From assembly GCA_045586685.1 (NCBI GenBank), contig JAZNAU010000043.1, positions 1 through 40,023 on the forward strand: DNA of 40,023 nucleotides, read 5' to 3'. Below the pieces are notes generated by a model. That model was not told where the DNA came from. It did no database searches and saw only the letters and a program-made list of their open reading frames with translations. This document shows positions 29,406 through 38,726 of this stretch, one piece after another. The position numbers and the translations under genes are program-made. Each line of letters starts with the position of its first letter. The stretch's first letter is position 1. Source of the stretch: Clostridia bacterium. Its GTDB lineage: Bacteria > Bacillota > Clostridia > HGM11514.

Positions 29406-30932
29406 TTATACATCCTCAGGTTTTTCCCAGATGGAAACGGTTTGTGTCTCTTCGTCCCAGTAAATATCACTGTTTAACCCGTCTGCCACTGCACGGACAG
29501 GAACCAGCGTTCTGTTATTGATCTGTTGGGGGGGTACGTCTAATACGACGGCTTCCCCGTTTACCATCATGGTTTGATGATCAATCTGCAGAGTCAGGGT
29601 ACGGTGGTTGCGGACTGCGGTTACCGTCATGGTTTCTTCGTCCCAGGATACTTGTGCACCCATGGTTTCAAAAATAGCACGGAGGGGCACCAAGGTTCTG
29701 TCATATCGGGTGACGGGGGGCTGGTCAAAGGAAATGATTTGCCCCAGATACGTCACGGTGACAATTTTTTCCCATTCATCTCCCCGGTCAAGAGCATATT
29801 GCTGAGCCGATGTGTGTTCAGGTGCAAAAAACTGCAACCGTTGACAACCTTGAAATACTTCTTCTCCAAAAACTGTTTCTCCGTTTTTTACAATTACACG
29901 GAACAGGTTGGTATCAGCAAATGCCTTGTTGCCGATTTTGGCAACGGAATCGGGAAGAACAATTTCTGTGAGCTGATTGCAATAGGCAAAGCTTTCTTCC
30001 CCCAATGTTCTGATTCCTTCAGGAAAGGAAACAGAGGATAAGGACTCACAGCGGGAAAATGCATAGTCGCTGATGGTTGTGACAGAATCAGGAATCTGAA
30101 TTTCTTTTAAGTTTTTTGCAAACCAGAATAAGCCGTATTCAATAGAGGTTAACTGTTTGGGCAGAGTGGCTTTTTGAAGAGAATCGCACCAGCCAAACGC
30201 CTCTTGTCCGATTTTTGTAACGGAATCGGGAAGGACAATCTCCGTAAGACGGTCGCAGTTAAAAAAGGCATATTCCCCGATGGAGGAAAGGGATTGGGGC
30301 AACAGAATATCGGTCAGAGTTGAGCAGTAAGCAAAAGCACCGTTGTCCACAGCGGTGACCGATTCCGGTACGATGTAGACAGCACCCTCTTTTCCTGCCG
30401 GATACTGAACCAGCAAGGTCTGATTTTTGTCAAACAATACCCCGTCCTGACAACTGAAATGCCGATTGCGGGCAGGGCAGATGATTTCTGTCAGAGCACC
30501 GCAACCCATCAACGCCCGATTCCCCAGCCGTTCTAATGCTTCGGGCAGGGAAAAGGTTGTTAACGAAGTGCATTGGGCAAAGCTTTCTGTTCCGATTTGG
30601 GTAATGTTTTCCGAAAGAGTCAGCTCTTTGAGTGATGTACAGCCCGCAAATGCCTGATTGCCGATTTTGGTAATGCTATTGGGAAGAACCAGCTTTTCCA
30701 AAGTGACACATTCTGAAAAAGCGCCTTCTCCAATACTGGTTATTTTCTTGCCGTTGATTTTTGAAGGAATGGTAAGCTCTGTTATTCCTTCCGCATAACC
30801 GGTAACGGTTCCGGTTTCTTTGTCAAACCAAATGCCGTATTTGTCGTAAAAGGTTCCTGAATTTTCGGCAAAGACGATGGAGCACAGTGAAAGCATTATG
30901 CACAAAGTCAAGATAAGTGCTGTTTTTTTCAT
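29406..30932 (-). CDS. Secreted BspA-type leucine-rich-repeat (LRR_5) protein with C-terminal copper-amine-oxidase-N (stalk) domain
   Basis: Signal peptide; repeated LP.S.T.IG..AF..C..L units; C-terminal RTLVPLRAIFETMGA.V.WD and RTLVPVRAV. Confidence 0.88.
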   Translation of the reverse strand: MKKTALILTLCIMLSLCSIVFAENSGTFYDKYGIWFDKETGTVTGYAEGITELTIPSKINGKKITSIGEGAFSECVTLEKLVLPNSITKIGNQAFAGCTSLKELTLSENITQIGTESFAQCTSLTTFSLPEALERLGNRALMGCGALTEIICPARNRHFSCQDGVLFDKNQTLLVQYPAGKEGAVYIVPESVTAVDNGAFAYCSTLTDILLPQSLSSIGEYAFFNCDRLTEIVLPDSVTKIGQEAFGWCDSLQKATLPKQLTSIEYGLFWFAKNLKEIQIPDSVTTISDYAFSRCESLSSVSFPEGIRTLGEESFAYCNQLTEIVLPDSVAKIGNKAFADTNLFRVIVKNGETVFGEEVFQGCQRLQFFAPEHTSAQQYALDRGDEWEKIVTVTYLGQIISFDQPPVTRYDRTLVPLRAIFETMGAQVSWDEETMTVTAVRNHRTLTLQIDHQTMMVNGEAVVLDVPPQQINNRTLVPVRAVADGLNSDIYWDEETQTVSIWEKPEDV

Positions 30933-30971
30933 GGTTCATCATTCCTTTCTTAAACCTTTTTCCAACTCCTC

Positions 30972-31000
30972 ACTATATCGTATTTTATTTTTGTTGTCAA
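30972..31000 (-). promoter_or_regulatory. sigmaA promoter of the LRR gene
   Basis: TTGACA-17-TATAGT on the minus strand. Confidence 0.65.
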
Positions 31001-31056
31001 TAAAAGTTTCCAAAACTTAGTCAATTTGTCTTTATTTTGTAATATGGTAAGCCCCT

Positions 31057-32811
31057 TTATCCTAAAATTTTGAGTCCCAGCTGATAAATGCCAAAGGATA
31101 CCAGCCAAGCAAAAGCGGTCTGATAAACAAAAGCAAGAATGGCGGAAACCGTCCCCAGCTCTCTGCGGATTGCGGCAAAGGCGGCGGCACAGGGCATATA
31201 AAGCAACACAAAATGTAAAAAAGAAAATGCAGACAGAGGAGAAAACAAAAAGGATATATCCTTTGTCAGTACCCCTAAGGTGCTGACTACCGCCTCCTTT
31301 GCTCCTAAGCCTGCCAATAGAGCGGATGCCGCCTCGGGACTGCCAAAGCCCAAGGGGGCAAACAAAGGGGAAATTTTCTTGCCAAAAGAAAACAAAATGC
31401 TTTGGTCAAGTTCGGAGGCAGGACTTCCTTGAGGGGTAAAATATCGGAACACCCAAATCAATACACTGGCAAGAAAAATTACGGTAAATGTTTTTTTAAT
31501 AAACTCTCCTGACCGCTTGAGGGTGACCCTGAGGCTTTGTTTCAAATCGGGAAAGCGGTAGAGGGGAAGCTCCATGACAAAGGACTCCGAGACTCCCCGA
31601 ACCAAATATTTATGGGAAAAAGCGGTGTTTAAGATTCCCCATGAAATTCCCGATAGGTACAATAAAAAGAGAATGAGAAATCCCGACTGGGGAAACAAAG
31701 CTCCTGTAATAAAGGTAAAAATGGGCAGTTTGGCACTGCAGGAGACAAAGGGCAAAAATAATACCGTCAGAATTTTATCCCGTTGAGAGGGCATGGTTTT
31801 TGCGGCGGCAACGGCAGGGACGGTGCATCCAAAGCCTGTGAGAAAGGGAATTGCCGACCTTCCCGACAGTCCGATGGTTTGCATAAAAGGGTCTGTCAAA
31901 AACGAAATTCGTGCTAAGTACCCGCTGTCTTCCAGTAAAGAAAGACAGAAAAAAAGCAGAAAAATACAAGGGAAAAAGGATAACACACTCCCTACTCCCC
32001 CAAACATTCCTTCCTGTAAAAAGGATTGAAACCAAGGGGGAAAGAAGGACAAATTGATATGAGAAAGGTGTGTGATGAGTGCTTCCGTTCCTTTTCGCAG
32101 TCCTGTGCCAAAAGGTCCGAAAGGAATCAAAAACAACAGAAACAACACGCCGAACAAAAGGGGAAAAGAAAGTCTTGAATGAAGAAGCAGACGGTCTAAG
32201 CGTTTGGTTTTAGAAGGTTCTTTCTTTGTTTGACGAATACACTCGCCGTAAAGAATTTCTATGTATCGGTACCGCCTGTCTGCACTGACCAGATATTCCT
32301 CCCCCGTTCGTGGGGGAACAGGACAGACAGGGCAACGTTGATGATGGACCTGTTTCTCCAACAATGCTGTTAATTCCCGCAAGCCTTTTCTTTTTCTTGC
32401 GGAAATTCCGACCACTGGCAAGCCCAGAAATTTGGATAATTTAGAGCAATCAATTTGGAGGTGTGTTGCCTCGTCCATCATGTTGATGGCTAATACGGTA
32501 GGGATTCCAAGCTCTGTTAACTGTAACGTCAGATATAAATTGCGGGAAAGATTGCAAGCATCTGCCACGTTGATAATTCCTTCCACCTTTTGTAATGCCT
32601 TTTTTGTCACCTCTTCTTCTTCCGAATAGGGAGTCAGGGAATATATCCCCGGTAAATCCAGTAAGGTAAGAGAAGGATTCCATGTGACCTGTCCCTGTCT
32701 GTATTCCACCGTCACACCGGGAAAATTTCCCACATGAGCTGACGAGCCGGTCAGTGCGTTAAATAGAGTGGTTTTTCCGCAGTTTGCGTTTCCTGCCAAG
32801 GCAATTAACAT
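31057..32811 (-). CDS. feoB: Ferrous iron transporter B
   Basis: GNANCGKT, VGNFPGVTV, DLPG and NMMD G-motifs; LLEDSGYLAR, GFGC and ELP.Y..P membrane motifs. Confidence 0.93.
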   Translation of the reverse strand: MLIALAGNANCGKTTLFNALTGSSAHVGNFPGVTVEYRQGQVTWNPSLTLLDLPGIYSLTPYSEEEEVTKKALQKVEGIINVADACNLSRNLYLTLQLTELGIPTVLAINMMDEATHLQIDCSKLSKFLGLPVVGISARKRKGLRELTALLEKQVHHQRCPVCPVPPRTGEEYLVSADRRYRYIEILYGECIRQTKKEPSKTKRLDRLLLHSRLSFPLLFGVLFLLFLIPFGPFGTGLRKGTEALITHLSHINLSFFPPWFQSFLQEGMFGGVGSVLSFFPCIFLLFFCLSLLEDSGYLARISFLTDPFMQTIGLSGRSAIPFLTGFGCTVPAVAAAKTMPSQRDKILTVLFLPFVSCSAKLPIFTFITGALFPQSGFLILFLLYLSGISWGILNTAFSHKYLVRGVSESFVMELPLYRFPDLKQSLRVTLKRSGEFIKKTFTVIFLASVLIWVFRYFTPQGSPASELDQSILFSFGKKISPLFAPLGFGSPEAASALLAGLGAKEAVVSTLGVLTKDISFLFSPLSAFSFLHFVLLYMPCAAAFAAIRRELGTVSAILAFVYQTAFAWLVSFGIYQLGLKILG

Positions 32812-33038
32812 GGAGAAGATTCCTCCTCAATCAGAATTTTTTTTGCATGGGAAAGCCGTAAGGAAAGGGAATATCCCCGCAAGGAAAGCTCCAAAGGGTC
32901 ACCCAAGGGGGCAACGCCCTTGAGAGTGACGGCTGTGCCGGGCAATAACCCTAAATCATACAGTCTGATTTTTAATCGTTCTTCTCCCTCTACCAAAAGA
33001 ATCCGTCCTGTTTGTCCAATTTTTAATTGATGTAACAT
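32805..33038 (-). CDS. feoA: Ferrous iron transport protein A
   Basis: RLYDLGLLPGT...APLGDP....RGY.LSLR; ATG 33038 after RBS GGAGG. Confidence 0.93.
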   Translation of the reverse strand: MLHQLKIGQTGRILLVEGEERLKIRLYDLGLLPGTAVTLKGVAPLGDPLELSLRGYSLSLRLSHAKKILIEEESSPC

Positions 33039-33119
33039 CACATTTCCTCCCACCTTTCATAGTAATTTATGAACGGAATTTGTGTAAAATGCTAAAATTA
33101 GGAATCTGTGCAAAAAATG

Positions 33120-33157
33120 CTTGAATTTTTATTCGTTATGTTGTATAATTATAACAT
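33120..33157 (+). promoter_or_regulatory. sigmaA promoter of argCB overlapped by tandem ARG-box-like operators
   Basis: TTGAAT-17-TATAAT (33121-33149); TGAAT-TTTT-ATTCG (33122-33135) and TGTAT-AATT-ATAAC (33142-33155) resemble ArgR boxes. Confidence 0.6.
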
Positions 33158-33178
33158 TACTATAAACGAGGTGTCTTT

Positions 33179-34222
33179 ATGATAAAAGTTGGTATTATCG
33201 GTGCAACAGGGTATGCGGGTGCCGAGCTTGTAAGAATTTTAAGCTATCATCCGGAAACAGAAATTGTCCATGCTATGTCCAAAAGCTATGCGGGTCAGAA
33301 GTTGACGGAGCTGTACCCCTCTTTGCGAAAAGTACAGGATTTGGTTTGTGAGGATTTGGATATAGAAGTATTAAAGCGGGATTGCGATGTGGTGTTTACC
33401 GCCCTTCCCCACGGCGCTTCTGCCGAAACCATTGCGGCACTGATGGAAAGCCCAACCTTGAAGGTGATTGATTTAAGTGCGGATTTTCGTTACCGTGACA
33501 GCGCGGTGTACAGTCAGTGGTACGGCATTGACCATTGTGCAAAGGATTTATTAAAAGAATCCGTTTACGGTCTGTGCGAGCTGTATCGTGAGGAGATTAA
33601 AAAAGCCAGATTGATTGGCAATCCCGGTTGCTATACCACCTGTTCTATTTTAGGTGCGGCACCTCTCCTTGCAAAGGGCCTGATTGAGCCGGATTCGGTG
33701 ATTATAGATGCAAAATCCGGTGTGTCAGGTGCGGGCAGAAAGTTGGTGATTGACCAGCATTTTTGCGAATGTACGGAGAATACAAAAGCCTATGGCGTGG
33801 CAAAGCACCGTCACACCTCGGAAATCGAACAAGAGCTTTCTTTATTGGCGGGAGAGGACGTGATTTTGTCCTTTACCCCTCACCTGATTCCTCAAAAAAG
33901 AGGGATTTTATCCACCATTTACGGCAAGCTGAAGGCACCCATGTCCACGGCAGAGCTGTTAAGGGTATATGAGGAATTTTATCAGGATGAATATTTTATC
34001 AGAATTTATGAGGAAGGAAAACTGCCCGAAACCAATCATGTGGCAGGTTCCAACTTTGTGGATATGGGGCTGGTGGCAGACCCCAGAACGGGACGGGTTA
34101 TTGCGGTAAGCTGTATTGACAATCTGTTTAAAGGTGCAGCAGGTCAGGCGGTGCAGAATATGAATCTTATGTTTGGCTTGCCCGAGGAAACGGCATTGGA
34201 TTGCCCTGCATTTTATCTGTAA
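33179..34222 (+). CDS. argC: N-acetyl-gamma-glutamyl-phosphate reductase
   Basis: GATGYAG, NPGCY catalytic Cys, SGVSGAG and [14 protein letters not shown] motifs. Confidence 0.98.
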   Translation: MIKVGIIGATGYAGAELVRILSYHPETEIVHAMSKSYAGQKLTELYPSLRKVQDLVCEDLDIEVLKRDCDVVFTALPHGASAETIAALMESPTLKVIDLSADFRYRDSAVYSQWYGIDHCAKDLLKESVYGLCELYREEIKKARLIGNPGCYTTCSILGAAPLLAKGLIEPDSVIIDAKSGVSGAGRKLVIDQHFCECTENTKAYGVAKHRHTSEIEQELSLLAGEDVILSFTPHLIPQKRGILSTIYGKLKAPMSTAELLRVYEEFYQDEYFIRIYEEGKLPETNHVAGSNFVDMGLVADPRTGRVIAVSCIDNLFKGAAGQAVQNMNLMFGLPEETALDCPAFYL

Positions 34223-34235
34223 GGAGAAGAAAGAA

Positions 34236-35132
34236 ATGGATGTAAATTCTTTGATAAAAAAAGCAAATATTCTAATTGAGGCTCTGCCTTATATTCAGAA
34301 GTTTTCCAACAAAACCTTTGTGGTGAAATACGGCGGAAATGCTATGATTAACGAGGACTTGAAAGCGTCTGTTATGGAGGATATTACCCTATTGAAGTTT
34401 ATTGGCATTAACCCCATTGTGGTGCACGGGGGCGGACCAGACATCAATCAGGCACTTTCTGACATGAACATTGAAAGCCATTTTAAAAACGGTCTGCGTG
34501 TGACAGACGAAGAAACCATGCGGGTTGTGCAGATGGTTCTCATGGGAAAAACCAATAAGGAAATTGTTTCTCTGGTCAACTGCAACGGCGGAAAGGCGTT
34601 GGGTCTTTGCGGTATTGACGGAGGGTTGATTCATTGTAAAAAATTTACTCCCGAAATTGACGGAAAAGCGGAAGATATCGGCTATGTGGGCGAAATCACC
34701 CATATCAATACTCACATCTTGGAGCATCTGATTCAGGACGAATTTATTCCCGTTGTGGCACCTATCGGGATGGACGAGGAGGGCAACAGCTATAATATCA
34801 ATGCAGATACCGTTGCCAGTGCTGTAGCCTGTGCCATCAAAGCGGAAAAGCTGATTACTCTCACCGACGTCAGCGGAGTAAAAGACGGAAATAATAACAT
34901 TATTTATGAAATTTTTCAGGACGAAATTTTACAACTGATTGAGGACGGTGTCATTACAGGAGGTATGATTCCCAAGATTTTGGGATGCCTTGAGGCGATT
35001 GATGCAGGGGTAAACAGTGTACATATTATTGATGGCCGTCTGCCTCACTGCATTTTGCTTGAAATCTTTACCCATTCTGGTATAGGTACCATGATTAAAA
35101 AGAAAAGCCTATCCCCCGAGCAGGGAGAGTAA
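34236..35132 (+). CDS. argB: Acetylglutamate kinase
   Basis: [32 protein letters not shown] and GIGTMI motifs; last 9 codons and the stop come from the repeat. Confidence 0.97.
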   Translation: MDVNSLIKKANILIEALPYIQKFSNKTFVVKYGGNAMINEDLKASVMEDITLLKFIGINPIVVHGGGPDINQALSDMNIESHFKNGLRVTDEETMRVVQMVLMGKTNKEIVSLVNCNGGKALGLCGIDGGLIHCKKFTPEIDGKAEDIGYVGEITHINTHILEHLIQDEFIPVVAPIGMDEEGNSYNINADTVASAVACAIKAEKLITLTDVSGVKDGNNNIIYEIFQDEILQLIEDGVITGGMIPKILGCLEAIDAGVNSVHIIDGRLPHCILLEIFTHSGIGTMIKKKSLSPEQGE

Positions 35133-35436
35133 GCCGTGAGTACGCTTGAAAAATCAAGAAAATTGGTTTTTATTTTTTGTTTTCCGAGCTACGGAACTGC
35201 TTAGTCGACCGACCGAGAGGGGGTGGAGGCTAGACAGAGAAAAGCCTATCCCCCGAGCAGTGAAACTTAAGCTGCAAGCATGGACGAGAAACCAAGAAAA
35301 CACGTAATTTGTTTTCTGTTTCGAGTTCAGCGGAGCTGCTTAAGTGAGCGACCGAGAGGGGGTGGAGGCTAGACAGAGAAAAGCCTATCCCCCGCTTTAG
35401 TGGACGAGCAGTGAAACGTAAGGCTTAAGCACGGGG
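35101..35436 (+). repeat. Modular palindromic repeat, locus 3 (A unit 35101-35237, B unit 35238-35376, degenerate partial B to about 35436)
   Basis: Reverse-complement homologue of 261-452 and 2540-2819; AGAAAAGCCTATCCCCCG at 35101, 35238 and 35377. Confidence 0.92.
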
Positions 35437-35459
35437 CGTCAAAAAAGACGCTCCTTTTT
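35433..35459 (+). terminator. Intrinsic terminator after argB and the repeat
   Basis: GGGGCGTC-aaaaaa-GACGCTCC-TTTTT. Confidence 0.75.
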
Positions 35460-35501
35460 GATGCAAAGATTTGACAATAAAAAGGGGCTTGCTGTAGGGT
35501 G

Positions 35502-35549
35502 CCCTCGGAAAAAAGGATTTTTATGAAGGGGGTATGGTGTATACTCCCT
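35502..35549. repeat. Two-copy hairpin motif, copy 1
   Basis: CCCTCGGAA...ATTTTTATGAAGGGGGTATGGTGTATACTCCCT; similar to 37716-37760. Confidence 0.7.
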
Positions 35550-35616
35550 TCACCCCCACAGCCTCCCGTTCTTTGCTCAAGGCGGCTGACAAATGTTTTT
35601 TTATTTCATGTGCTGA

Positions 35617-35645
35617 TTGACATTCCGCCTGTTTTGCGATATAAT
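35617..35645 (+). promoter_or_regulatory. Consensus sigmaA promoter
   Basis: TTGACA-17-TATAAT. Confidence 0.8.
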
Positions 35646-35666
35646 TGATGTAAAAGCAACAAGGCG

Positions 35667-36824
35667 GTGACCAGAATGAAATTAAGAAAAACGGAGTTAG
35701 GGGACTGGGAGCCCCAAAAACCATACAAAAACTTTGAACTGAACGAATTAAGGGATACCAACCGTACCTTATGGATTGTGGCTGGGGGCGGACTGGCCAT
35801 TTTTTTGATTGTGGTGATTAGCTTTTTTACTGTTGCCCATTTCTTCCCCTCCCTGTTCTTTTTTGGGTCGGAGAATACGGCTGCAGTGATGGAGGGTGAG
35901 GAAATCACCATAGAGGAATTTGGGTATTATCTGATTCAGGCGGCAGAGGAAAGCAAGCTTTCCAATCCTGATTATCATGACAAAAAGTTGGCAAAGGCTT
36001 TACAAAGCCGTGCATTGGAGCTGATTCAGGAGGACCGTCTTTACCCCATTTTGACAGAAAAACTTCAGCTGATTCCTTCGGCTGATACTGTAGCGAAAAA
36101 AAATCAAACGTTAAATGAATATGAAACTGCCCGTAACACACCCCTGTTTCAGTTTCAAATGCAAAGTCACGGATTGACGGAGGACCTTGCAAGGGAATTG
36201 ATTATTGCGGAAAGTGCAAAGGAAACGTTGGAGGAATATGTGCTTTTGCATACCGATTCTGAACAGCTTTTAATGCGGGCGCAGGAAATTTTTCAAAATT
36301 CCTATCGGAAATGTAAGTGGATTCGGTTTTCTATGATGGATCAGACAGGAAAGCCGTTGTCCCAAGAGGAAGCAGAAAAGCTCCGTGCCAAATGCTACAG
36401 TATTTATCAACAGCTTCAGTCAGGGGAATCCTTTCAAAAGGTGCAACAATCGTTGGCAAAGGAACCGCAGATTTGGGTATATGACCAACTGGTGACAAAA
36501 GGTCAAATGTTGCAGGAGGCAGAGGAAGTGGCTTTTTCTCTGGAGCTGAACGAAATAGGCGGACCGGTAGAAACCCAACAGGATATTTTCCTGATACAAC
36601 GGGTTGATGTAACAGAAGATTTTTTGTCTCAGGAACAGGCAATGGTGTATCTTGCACGGGAACAGCTGTTTGACGAATGGATTGATTCCTACCGCTCAGA
36701 GTATGCCATAAAACCGTACCATAAGAATCTGAAAAAGTTTGACGTTGCCACCTTTTTGGAACAGTATTACGAGCAAAAAAAGGATGCTGATAAGCAAATT
36801 TTATGGATGGAGCAAAGCAAATGA
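35667..36824 (+). CDS. Membrane-anchored SurA/PrsA-like foldase with degenerate parvulin PPIase domain
   Basis: One N-terminal TM; AVMEGEEITIEEF SurA-N-like start; L.SGESF and GQM...EEVAFSL...EIGGPVET...FLIQ parvulin-like pattern; likely start ATG 35676. Confidence 0.6.
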   Translation: MTRMKLRKTELGDWEPQKPYKNFELNELRDTNRTLWIVAGGGLAIFLIVVISFFTVAHFFPSLFFFGSENTAAVMEGEEITIEEFGYYLIQAAEESKLSNPDYHDKKLAKALQSRALELIQEDRLYPILTEKLQLIPSADTVAKKNQTLNEYETARNTPLFQFQMQSHGLTEDLARELIIAESAKETLEEYVLLHTDSEQLLMRAQEIFQNSYRKCKWIRFSMMDQTGKPLSQEEAEKLRAKCYSIYQQLQSGESFQKVQQSLAKEPQIWVYDQLVTKGQMLQEAEEVAFSLELNEIGGPVETQQDIFLIQRVDVTEDFLSQEQAMVYLAREQLFDEWIDSYRSEYAIKPYHKNLKKFDVATFLEQYYEQKKDADKQILWMEQSK

Positions 36825-37033
36825 TACAGTTTGGTGTGTACAAGCATTATAAAGGGAATTATTATCGTGTAATCGGAATTGCCTGCCACAGCGAAACCTT
36901 AGAGGATATGGTGGTGTATCAAGGGCTTGACGAGAATGGCGGACTTTGGGTTCGTCCCGCCTCCATGTGGGAAGAACAGGTGGGGGACGTACAGCGGTTT
37001 ACCTATGTGGGAGAAGAAGATGAAGTACGGTAA
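36821..37033 (+). CDS. DUF1653 domain protein
   Basis: GVYKHYKGNYY.V...A.HSET.E.MVVYQ...WVRP..MW...RF signature; ATG 36821 overlaps the upstream stop. Confidence 0.9.
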   Translation: MIQFGVYKHYKGNYYRVIGIACHSETLEDMVVYQGLDENGGLWVRPASMWEEQVGDVQRFTYVGEEDEVR

Positions 37034-37688
37034 TTGGACGGAAGGCTTCTTTCTTTCCCGCCCCAATCGGTTTATTGCTCACGTGGAATGTCATGGAAAA
37101 ACAGAAATCTGTCATGTGAAAAACACGGGCAGATGCAAAGAACTTCTTCTTCCCAACGCAAGGCTGATTTTGCACTGCCCCAACACAGGGGGGAGAAAAA
37201 CGAAATATGATGTCATTGGTGTGCAAAAAGGAAATAGGCTGATTAACATGGACTCTCAGGCACCCAACAAAATCGTGGGAGAATGGTTACAAACCCTTGG
37301 TTTTTCAAAAATTCAGCCGGAAACCTCTTTTTCCCATTCCCGCTTTGATTTTTATTTGGAGAAAGGGAACAAGAAAATTTTTGCAGAAGTGAAGGGAGTT
37401 ACCTTAGAGCAAGATGGACTTGCCCTGTTCCCCGATGCCCCAACAGAACGGGGAGTTAAGCATTTGCGGGAGCTGATACAGTGTCGGGAGCAAGGGTTTG
37501 AGGCATGGGTCATTTTCATCATCCAGATGAAAGGGATTTGCTCCTTTTCTCCCAACGAGGCCACCCATCCCCAATTTGCCCAAGTCTTGCGGGAAGCAAG
37601 AAACAAAGGAGTGTGGCTGACCGCCCTTGATTGTGATGTGACGGAAGACTCCATAACGGCAAGAAAGAGTGTGCCCATACATTTATGA
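37020..37688 (+). CDS. sfsA: DNA/RNA nuclease SfsA (sugar fermentation stimulation protein)
   Basis: RPNRF, HVKNTGR..ELL, SRFDF, EVKGVTL and FPDAPTERG.KHL.EL motifs; start ATG 37020. Confidence 0.94.
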   Translation: MKYGNWTEGFFLSRPNRFIAHVECHGKTEICHVKNTGRCKELLLPNARLILHCPNTGGRKTKYDVIGVQKGNRLINMDSQAPNKIVGEWLQTLGFSKIQPETSFSHSRFDFYLEKGNKKIFAEVKGVTLEQDGLALFPDAPTERGVKHLRELIQCREQGFEAWVIFIIQMKGICSFSPNEATHPQFAQVLREARNKGVWLTALDCDVTEDSITARKSVPIHL

Positions 37689-37715
37689 GTTTTGTAAAAC
37701 TCGCACAGCAGAGCC

Positions 37716-37760
37716 CCCTCGGAAGGAAGATTTTATGAAGGGGATATGGTGTATACCCCT
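37716..37760. repeat. Two-copy hairpin motif, copy 2
   Basis: CCCTCGGAA...ATTTTATGAAGGGGATATGGTGTATACCCCT, directly upstream of the prmA RBS. Confidence 0.7.
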
Positions 37761-37781
37761 ACTGATGAAAGGAAGAAAACC

Positions 37782-38726
37782 ATGAAATGGATTCAAGTAA
37801 AAATTGAGGCAACCGAGCCGGATATGGTTTGTGCCAAGCTGATGGCAATCGGTATTAACAGTTTTGAAATTGAAAACCCTGCAGATTTTGAGGATTTTGT
37901 GACCAATCAAACCCAGTATTGGGACATTATTGATGAAACCCTCCAACAGGAAAAACAGAACAATTCCTTTGTTAAGGTTTATTTGACCGAGCTTGAACGG
38001 GATACATTACAGCTCATTCGCAGTCAAATGGAGGATTTGAAACAAGAGGGGGACTTCGGCTCTCTGGAAATCACCTGTACGGATATGGATGAGGAGGATT
38101 GGGCGAACAACTGGAAGCAGTATTATAAGCCCTTGCACATCGGAGAAAGCATTGTTATCCGACCCCTCTGGGAGGAATATACCCAAAAACCCCATGAAAA
38201 GGTAGTCACCATTGACCCTGGGATGGCATTCGGCACAGGAGGACACGAAACGACTTCTATGTGTCTGGAGCTGTTGGAACAGGCGGTAAGGACGGGGGAT
38301 ACCCTTCTTGATGTAGGTTGCGGAAGCGGTATTTTGTCCATTGCCGGTCTTGCACTGGGTGCAAAAGAGGCGTGGGGGGTTGATATTGACCCCATGGCAG
38401 TGAAAATTGCGGGAGAAAACGGCGAGCTGAACGGATTTTCCTCTGACCGTCTGCATCTGCAGGCGGGCAATCTGACAGATAAAATCAGCGGTACCTTTGA
38501 TTTGGCGGTGGCAAACATCATTGCCGATGTGATTATTATGCTGTCGGGTCAAATCGGGCAGTTCTTAAAAACGGATGCACCCTTTATTTGTTCAGGAATT
38601 ATTGCAGACCGTGGGGAAGATGTGGAAACTGCCTTAACAGAAAACGGATTTTCCGTGATTGAGAAAAAAACCAAGAAAGACTGGGTGGCTTACTTCACCC
38701 GTTACAAAGGAGAGAAAAATGCCTAA
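37782..38726 (+). CDS. prmA: Ribosomal protein L11 methyltransferase
   Basis: EEDWANNWKQYY, DPGMAFGTG.HETT, LDVGCGSGILSI and VANI motifs; ATG 37782 after RBS GAAAGGA. Confidence 0.96.
   Translation: MKWIQVKIEATEPDMVCAKLMAIGINSFEIENPADFEDFVTNQTQYWDIIDETLQQEKQNNSFVKVYLTELERDTLQLIRSQMEDLKQEGDFGSLEITCTDMDEEDWANNWKQYYKPLHIGESIVIRPLWEEYTQKPHEKVVTIDPGMAFGTGGHETTSMCLELLEQAVRTGDTLLDVGCGSGILSIAGLALGAKEAWGVDIDPMAVKIAGENGELNGFSSDRLHLQAGNLTDKISGTFDLAVANIIADVIIMLSGQIGQFLKTDAPFICSGIIADRGEDVETALTENGFSVIEKKTKKDWVAYFTRYKGEKNA

Noticed and set aside
35101-35436. CRISPR array interpretation of the constant ~50-bp junction alternating with ~88-bp segments
   Set aside because: The putative spacers are only two homologous types reused at all loci, they are too long, and no cas genes are present.
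35523-35552. CsoR operator (GGGGGTATGGT)
   Set aside because: The half-sites are in the opposite order to TACC...GGTA operators and no copper genes are adjacent.
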